A stretch of 12,689 bases of DNA from Thermoproteota archaeon (GTDB lineage: Archaea; Korarchaeota; Korarchaeia; B14-G2): NCBI GenBank assembly GCA_037917675.1, contig JAVCBW010000022.1:1-12689 (forward strand), given 5' to 3'. Below the pieces are notes generated by a model that was not told the origin of the DNA, searched no databases, and was given only the letters and a program-made list of their open reading frames with translations. The position numbers and the translations under genes were made by a program. Shown in pieces: positions 8,001 to 12,689 of this stretch (its first letter is position 1; every line of letters begins with the position of its first letter).

Positions 8001-8322
8001 GATGCCCCCAGATAAATTAGGCAGGTTTAAGATAATAAAGCTATATGTAGACACCAGACTCTAGCTAAACCGAAAGAGCACTATATCTCCCAGAACAATA
8101 TTTCCCCAGCAGCCTAGGCATATTCTAAGCAAGAAGCCTGACAGGAACCTTACAGAAAGCAATCCACACACCCACCATACCACCTAGAGAACATACCCTA
8201 GATCCATCCACCCACACCATGCCTTCACTTGCGACTATAGCTTCTCACAACAGGCCAAGCAGACTACGACAGAACAGCTTCCTTCAACCATAGGCTTCAC
8301 CACTTCCTCCACCCTTCAACCA

Positions 8323-8636
8323 CTATCCTCCACAGTAGACAACCAGCCTATCATCCATCACAGTCAACTCCACAACGTAGCCTCCGAAGCCAATCAGATC
8401 CAATAGTCTCCAAGAGAAGAGTAAGCGCCATCTATGGCTTTCAGCGTCTCTTCCCCTGCCCCCTATCACTGCCACGTCAATATCACTGCCCGGACATGCT
8501 TTACCCTAACCGTAGACCTAAAGATGCTGATCTCAACAGTTTCTTCAACAAACCCCGCAAACCATCCAAAAAACTTAAAGGCATCAACAACTTCAGCCCA
8601 GCGTTTAGATACAGCAGCCACCACTCCAGTAGGCAT
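8323..8636 (-). pseudogene. Minimal nucleotidyltransferase (MNT) pseudogene
   Basis: ...EISIF(R for G)STVR, frameshift, GKACPGSDIDVAVIGG. This is the FGS..RG.A..SDID signature of Pol-beta-like MNTs. Not in the ORF track. Confidence 0.7.
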
Positions 8637-8695
8637 TTTAGCCGCCTTCCATAAATAAAACCTACAGACATCAACGCTATCGCTGCTTGCCCCAC

Positions 8696-8808
8696 TTAGA
8701 GCATGAAGCTCTCCACTCTCCTTAAAGTACCAGTTGTAGAGTCCCCGGTATCATGTTTGCTCTCTCAACAGTTAAAACTCCAATAACTATGTTCCCATCG
8801 ACCCCAGC
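8696..8808 (-). pseudogene. C-terminal remnant of a retropepsin-like protease (subtype of 12363-end)
   Basis: GVDGNIVIGVLTVERANMIP, frameshift, DSTTGTLRRVESFML*. Matches EVSDQIVIGVHT of the 12363 gene. The 5' part ends at the mini-element. Confidence 0.7.
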
Positions 8809-8861
8809 TTACTCCCTGCCCTCACAGGAACCCTTGCCCTCTAAGGCGGGGAGGATGTCAG
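8809..8861 (+). mobile_element. IS200/IS605-family mini-element or internally deleted remnant
   Basis: TTAC (8809-8812), a left-end half hairpin TCCCTGCCCT, then a right end GGAACCCTTGCCCTCTAAGGCGGGGAGGATGTCAG with a subterminal hairpin and terminal TCAG. Resembles archaeal IS605-group ends as I recall them. Confidence 0.7.
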
Positions 8862-8932
8862 ATTACGACTATAAGCTCGGTGGTTGAGTGAGGGTTTTTT
8901 AGAGCTTTATCTCTGTGAGCTTTGCTCCTCAA

Positions 8933-9340
8933 CTAAAGTAGTAAGGCTGCCTTCACCAGCTTAACGCCTTCCTTAGGATCTAATGTTATCCCATACTTAT
9001 CCATGGTTCCTGAGCCTATGATAATCTCAGGTAGCTTTATCCTCCTACCTTCAACCTCGATTTCCTCAGCAAATTCATCTGCTACAAGCACAGTCTCTGG
9101 TGGTAGCAGCTCAATGTCATCAACGACAATAGTTATCTGAGCATACTTATCTACTTCGATGGACACGTCATTCACTAGATAGAGCTTGATAATCCTAGGT
9201 AGCTTCGACCAGCTCTTCCCGAAGCTCTTCTCGAAAAAGCTCCGCTGAACTACAGTATACCCAGAGCCCGTGTCAAATAGTGCTGTGCACTCAACCTCTC
9301 TACCCATAAACCTTACCCTTACAGTCTTCACAGCACGCAC
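8933..9340 (-). CDS. Retropepsin-like aspartic protease (clan AA) with intact DTG
   Basis: ALFDTGSGYTVV catalytic motif and PEIIIGSGTMDKY psi-loop; 135 aa single domain. Confidence 0.88.
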   Translation of the reverse strand: MRAVKTVRVRFMGREVECTALFDTGSGYTVVQRSFFEKSFGKSWSKLPRIIKLYLVNDVSIEVDKYAQITIVVDDIELLPPETVLVADEFAEEIEVEGRRIKLPEIIIGSGTMDKYGITLDPKEGVKLVKAALLL

Positions 9341-9446
9341 TCAACACACCAAGCTAAAACTACATAGACTACCTAATATGGCTTCCCGACGGCCATCACC
9401 TTCTCCATATCTGTCTGGACTTAGTCAATGGTCAACTCGCCTTTGT

Positions 9447-9887
9447 TTAAGGTTCTCGACTGCTTAGGTCTATCTCTATGCTTATGCTCCTTCCTCTAAG
9501 GAGCTTTAGGATTTCTACTGCTTTCTCCAAGCTTTCTCGGACACTAAGCTTCAGCTTAAAGCCATCGAATTCAGCTGAGAGACCATCGACGTACCATCTA
9601 GCCTTAAAGGATAATATGGCCTTCATCCCTTCCCCAACCCTAGCCTCCACCCCTATCCTGCTCACATAGCCCTCATAGTACTCCCTATAAAGCTCTAGAG
9701 TCCTCTCAACAGTCGGCTTGCAATGATACCCCACAGTAAAATGTTCTACATCATCCGGTTTAAAGATGCCCCTTAACCTCTCATCTTTAATCGAAACCTC
9801 CACCTCTACATCCCTACATCCACCCAACACATCAAGCATCTGCTTCAGGACACCTGGCTCCGCAGGGTAGACTATAAACATGGGCAT
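9447..9887 (-). CDS. Hypothetical protein (146 aa)
   Basis: Intact ORF with host-like codon usage and an AT-rich box upstream (9923-9936). No family recognised. Confidence 0.7.
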   Translation of the reverse strand: MPMFIVYPAEPGVLKQMLDVLGGCRDVEVEVSIKDERLRGIFKPDDVEHFTVGYHCKPTVERTLELYREYYEGYVSRIGVEARVGEGMKAILSFKARWYVDGLSAEFDGFKLKLSVRESLEKAVEILKLLRGRSISIEIDLSSREP

Positions 9888-10008
9888 GCTGAGACCCCGC
9901 TACACGCATCCTAAATCAAGGCTTTAAGCTTTATAATAGACCACTCTAAAACATCATACTCCCTCTACATGCCTTGAAATGAAAACCTGCAGTAGCTCTC
10001 TAAGGCAT

Positions 10009-10323
10009 ATGAGGTTTAAGGATAGGGTCTACGTGTTGAAGGAGGAGGTCAGCCTGCTCCACACGATGCGCCTCTTCAAGCTGTTTAAGGCGTTTATTCG
10101 ACATGAGGCTTTACTCGATATCCTCGATAATGACAAGGATCCCTACGGTAGCCTTGATAACGATGGAAAGTCGCCGAGCTACTGAGAGAGGGAGAGAATA
10201 GACACCCTTGCTTTAGAAGAGTTAAGCACAGACCGATTAAAGGAAGCTATTGCACTCTCGCTTAAATTAAAGATGTTCAGAGTAAAAATAGCTTTTGCAA
10301 AGGGCTCCGTGGAGACATCATAG
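10009..10323 (+). pseudogene. Possible decayed gene of unknown family
   Basis: Protein-like helical fragments MRFKDRVYVLKEEV..., KVAELLRE and LALEELSTDRLKEAIALSLKLK are split by a stop and frameshifts. Confidence 0.25.
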
Positions 10324-10530
10324 CTGGTTGCTCCAATAAAATACCAATAAATCCCCCCTCAGCCCTGATGGCTCAGGTAAAAGAGCTCTAGCTAAAACCT
10401 CATTGGATCAAGCCTCACTCAAAAAGCTATGAACCAGCATGGAACTCGAAACAGCGAACAAGACGCTTCTAGTAAGGAGGCTCAAAAGCTTCTTAAAGTA
10501 GAATATGCACATCTATAAGGTAGTGAATGG

Positions 10531-10990
10531 ATGAGAGCTTTAAAGACCATGAGAATTGCGGCTTATGGCAGGGAGAGTACTTGTGAGACACTATTGACAC
10601 CGGGGTCTGGTATAACAGCTATTCAGAGAAAGCTTTATGAGAGGGAGTTTGAGAGAAGATGGTTGAAGCTTGATAGACCTACTAAAGTCTTCCGGTTAAA
10701 TAGGCGTGAGCTTAGATAAGCATGTTCAAGCCACGACCGTCATCGACGAATACCAGCTGCCAGAAGTGGTCTTCGTGATCGATGAATGGGCTGAGAGAAC
10801 AAAGGTCGATGAAAAGGAGATCAAGCTCCCAGAGATTGTTGTCGGATCCGGAACAATGGACAAGTATAGAATATCACTCGACCCTAAGGAAGGGGTAAAA
10901 ATCTCAGACCTCCGGGATCATCAGGCTCATCTCCTCGCCCTCCTCATCAGGAGTAGTTGGAGGAGCAGTGAGGGTTTCTTGAATGATTGA
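10531..10990 (+). pseudogene. Frameshifted paralog of the 8933-9340 retropepsin
   Basis: MRALKTMR vs MRAVKTVR, and IKLPEIVVGSGTMDKYRISLDPKEGVK is 23/27 identical to the intact copy. DTG codons (10596-10604) are out of frame and there is a further frameshift near 10714. Homology ends near 10900. Confidence 0.88.
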
Positions 10991-10999
10991 AGAAGGTTT

Positions 11000-11152
11000 G
11001 TGAAGGCTTTAGAGCAAGATCCCGATGTTATTGAGATCGTTCAGTTTGGCTCTCCAGCTTATACGCATGAATATGCTAGGGATGTTGGTGTGCTGATAAT
11101 TACTAGAAACCCAAGAGACTATGGTGTGTACTTGGATGCTGTAGAGGAAGAA
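11000..11152 (+). pseudogene. Minimal nucleotidyltransferase (MNT) remnant, truncated
   Basis: DPDVIEIVQFGSPAYTHEYARDVGVLIIT has the FGS motif but a degenerate DxD (DVG). The ORF continues into transposon-derived sequence. Confidence 0.7.
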
Positions 11153-11212
11153 GCAAAGGTCGTAGAGTTAAAGCTAACCGATAAGGCATGTAGCGGAAAG
11201 ATTAGGGAGTAT

Positions 11213-11322
11213 ATGAGGGGAGGTTTCCGTTCCCCCGAAAGCCTGCCGATGAAACCTGAGACGGGAAGGTCCCCAGCTACGAGTGTAACGAAAGTTATAA
11301 ATGTAGCGGAGAATCAGAACGG
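11213..11322 (+). mobile_element. 3' end of a tnpB element (IS607 or IS200/IS605 type) with a putative omegaRNA scaffold
   Basis: ATGAGGGGAGGTTTCCGTTCCCCCGAAAGCCTGCCGATGAAA resembles archaeal TnpB tails (MWGVSVPPES.PMK, recalled). Stems GGGGA/TCCCC, GCTAC/GTAGC and TGTAAC-GAAA-GTTATA are present, and CCGTTC (11227-11232) is complementary to terminal GAACGG (11317-11322). Confidence 0.6.
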
Positions 11323-11453
11323 CTGCTGAGAGAATACAAAGTGAAGTTAGAGGATACCTTAGAAAAATGCTAGCATCCAACGTTTAAAGAGATTTTAAAG
11401 AGGATGGCCCCTGAGGAGGCCGTAATTTTACATCCAAGCAACTTAACTCCGAG

Positions 11454-11702
11454 CTATATTACCCCAAGGATTTTCAGCAAGATAGGTACTAGCGTCATCA
11501 TTACAGTTACCCACATGCCTAGAATGAGCCCTACAGTCCACTTAAATAAGCTTGAAACCTCAGCTCTAAGATTTGACATCTCAGCTCTAAGGTTTGATAT
11601 CTCCACCCTAAGGTTTGATATCTCAGCCTCAACATGGTTCAGTCTCCTATCCATTTGCTCCAAAATGCCTTCAACCCTTGCCATCATCTCCTCGAGAGAC
11701 AT
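11454..11702 (-). CDS. Short membrane-anchored coiled-coil protein (DUF1640/CCDC90-like stalk and anchor, 82 aa)
   Basis: MSLEEMMARVEGILEQMDRRLNHVE, (AEISNLR)-type heptads, then FKWTVGLILGMWVTVMMTLVPILLK. Start at 11702 or 11705 is preferred over 11813. Confidence 0.8.
   Translation of the reverse strand: MSLEEMMARVEGILEQMDRRLNHVEAEISNLRVEISNLRAEMSNLRAEVSSLFKWTVGLILGMWVTVMMTLVPILLKILGVI
11554..11627. repeat. 21-bp tandem repeat (about 3.5 copies) encoding coiled-coil heptads
   Basis: GAAACCTCAGCTCTAAGATTT / GACATCTCAGCTCTAAGGTTT / GATATCTCCACCCTAAGGTTT / GATATCTCAGC starting at 11554, 11575, 11596 and 11617. Confidence 0.9.
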
Positions 11703-11719
11703 CATCAAAAGAGATAAGT

Positions 11720-11814
11720 TAAGGTTGTATCTAACCTTACCCAAGGAACCAAAAGCCGAGGTCACATCATTAGTGAACGTAAGCTGAGGCAAACAATGTT
11801 GCATATGTAACATT
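11720..11814. promoter_or_regulatory. Two palindromic candidate operator sites upstream of the coiled-coil gene
   Basis: TAAGGTT-N6-AACCTTA (11720-11739) and AATGTTGCATATGTAACATT (11795-11814, one mismatched pair). Confidence 0.4.
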
Positions 11815-11857
11815 TGATCTTTTTATAACACCAAGTCTTCATAGGGATAGGTGGCCT

Positions 11858-12106
11858 CTATAGATTGGCTCTGCTCAGGATATATAGGATTACTGCTAAG
11901 AACGCTAATGGCCCACTTTACACCAAGCTTATCCCCTATACTGGTCAGCATCTTGTCCTGTCTAGCAAGACGCTTGCAAGCTCAGCTATGACCAGCTCAG
12001 AGACGACCTTGCTGCCGTTCGCCTCTAAGGTCTTCCTAGCTTTCTTCCTCCCAGGGTCCGTAAGGTCAAGTGCTGCCACTATTACGCTTGTGTCCACATA
12101 GATCAA
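11858..12106 (-). pseudogene. vapC: PIN-domain (VapC-like) toxin pseudogene, frameshifted and truncated
   Basis: (M)IYVDTSVIVAALDLTDP...VVSELVIAELASVL, then frameshifted RQDKMLTSIGDKLGV and LAFLAVILYILSRANL*. C-terminal acidic motifs are missing. Confidence 0.8.
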
Positions 12107-12110
12107 TGCT

Positions 12111-12239
12111 TTAAAACCTCTCTCGTTCAGCTGGTAACTGCCTTGAAGCACCTTCAAGCCTTACCGGCATATCCCCTTCCTCTTTCTCCAACTCGAAGAG
12201 CTTATTTACAGCCTCGGTAATCGCCCTAACCCATCTCAT
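12111..12239 (-). CDS. Putative antitoxin (42 aa, possibly 5'-truncated) directly upstream of the PIN gene
   Basis: MRWVRAITEAVNKLFELEKEEGDMPVRLEGASRQLPAERERF*, whose stop lies 4 nt before the PIN TTG start. The call is positional. Confidence 0.5.
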   Translation of the reverse strand: MRWVRAITEAVNKLFELEKEEGDMPVRLEGASRQLPAERERF

Positions 12240-12362
12240 ACGTCTAGCCGGATGATCAAAGCCCTTGTGGATACACTCTATTATGCAACGATTCCTTTGA
12301 GGCTTAGCGTAGGTAAGTACTTTAATAAGTTGTATAGTGGGTTTTAGTGTTGTGGGTCGATT

Positions 12363-12689
12363 ATGGATTTTGCTAAAGCTAGGATCATGGTTGTTGGGGA
12401 GAGGAGTGGTTATGAGGAGATTGCACTTGTCGATACTGGTGCATGGTATACAGTTATTGATAGGGAGTTAGCAGATGAAATCGGTGTGAGGTATACTGGC
12501 TTAACATCGGGGGTAACATCGTTCTCAGGCCATAGAGTTGAATGCGATGAAGCTGTTGTGGACAGCTTAAAGGTGGAGGATAGAACAGCTCCATTAGAGC
12601 TCGTAGCCGTGTGCACTATCCCAAGCCAAGCGAAGGAGTTGTTGAGGAAGCAGGAGGTCAGCGATCAGATTGTTATAGGTGTTCACACC
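12363..12689 (+). CDS. Retropepsin-like aspartic protease (clan AA) with intact DTG, running off the window end
   Basis: MDFAKARIMVVGERSGYEEIALVDTGAWYTVIDRELADEIGV...TSFSG...SDQIVIGVHT, open for 109 codons to the edge. TATA-like TTTAATAA at 12321-12328. Missed by the ORF track. Confidence 0.88.
   Translation, partial: MDFAKARIMVVGERSGYEEIALVDTGAWYTVIDRELADEIGVRYTGLTSGVTSFSGHRVECDEAVVDSLKVEDRTAPLELVAVCTIPSQAKELLRKQEVSDQIVIGVHT

Noticed and set aside
7600-8064. 154-aa plus-strand ORF
   Set aside because: Antisense shadow of the tautomerase gene with no recognisable motifs.
8281-8490. 10-bp direct repeats CCTTCAACCA (8281, 8313) and TATCACTGCC (8464, 8481)
   Set aside because: Short, only two copies each, and explainable by biased composition or MNT codons.
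10041-10052. GGAGGAGGTCAG resembling an IS605 right end
   Set aside because: No subterminal hairpin precedes it, and it lies in a coding-like frame (EEVS).
11000-11329. Intact 109-aa MNT protein
   Set aside because: The DxD motif is degenerate and the C-terminal half is read-through into transposon-end sequence.
11554-11627. Possible CRISPR array
   Set aside because: Units are contiguous 21-mers with no spacers and encode in-frame heptads.
11404-11787. 127-aa plus-strand ORF with SALRFDI repeats
   Set aside because: Antisense shadow of the coiled-coil gene; the 21-bp repeat keeps it open.
3505-12106. All frameshifts being sequencing error
   Set aside because: The long genes (GT2, GT4) are clean, and the broken genes also carry motif substitutions, truncations and large deletions, which indicates real decay. 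Individual indels still need read checks.
5018-12616. ORFs 5018-5251, 5537-5785, 6438-6719, 7318-7539, 8434-8658, 8501-8695, 9270-9467, 9478-9669, 11174-11380, 11865-12101 and 12410-12616
   Set aside because: They overlap motif-bearing genes or pseudogenes on another strand or frame and show no motifs of their own.
378-12689. Retroelement or provirus explaining the retropepsins
   Set aside because: No reverse transcriptase, integrase, capsid, terminal repeats or att sites are visible in the window.

Overview
Archaeal accessory region, probably from a Thermoproteota/TACK lineage (inferred from gene content, TATA-like boxes and GGTGA/GGAGG ribosome-binding sites). Cell-surface glycosylation genes (GT4 tail, DUF1616, GT2, an intact GT4, two decayed GT4s, a decayed phosphodiesterase) are interleaved with a dense, partly decayed hotspot of small genes. 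I count six retropepsin-like (clan AA aspartic protease fold) loci, three of them absent from the ORF track. Two carry Asn in place of the catalytic Asp and each is overlapped by a short upstream ORF with a repeated [KR][IL]Gx[IV] motif. The window also holds two antitoxin+PIN (VapBC-like) remnants, two minimal nucleotidyltransferase (MNT) remnants, two membrane-anchored coiled-coil genes and a 4-oxalocrotonate tautomerase-family gene. Two gene arrangements each occur twice with divergent parts: coiled-coil<-PIN<-antitoxin divergent from a retropepsin, and retropepsin->MNT. There are two transposon remnants: a ~50 bp IS200/IS605-type mini-element and a structured tnpB 3' end resembling an omegaRNA scaffold. 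No rRNA, tRNA or CRISPR array was seen. All family calls come from motifs recognised by eye, not from database searches.
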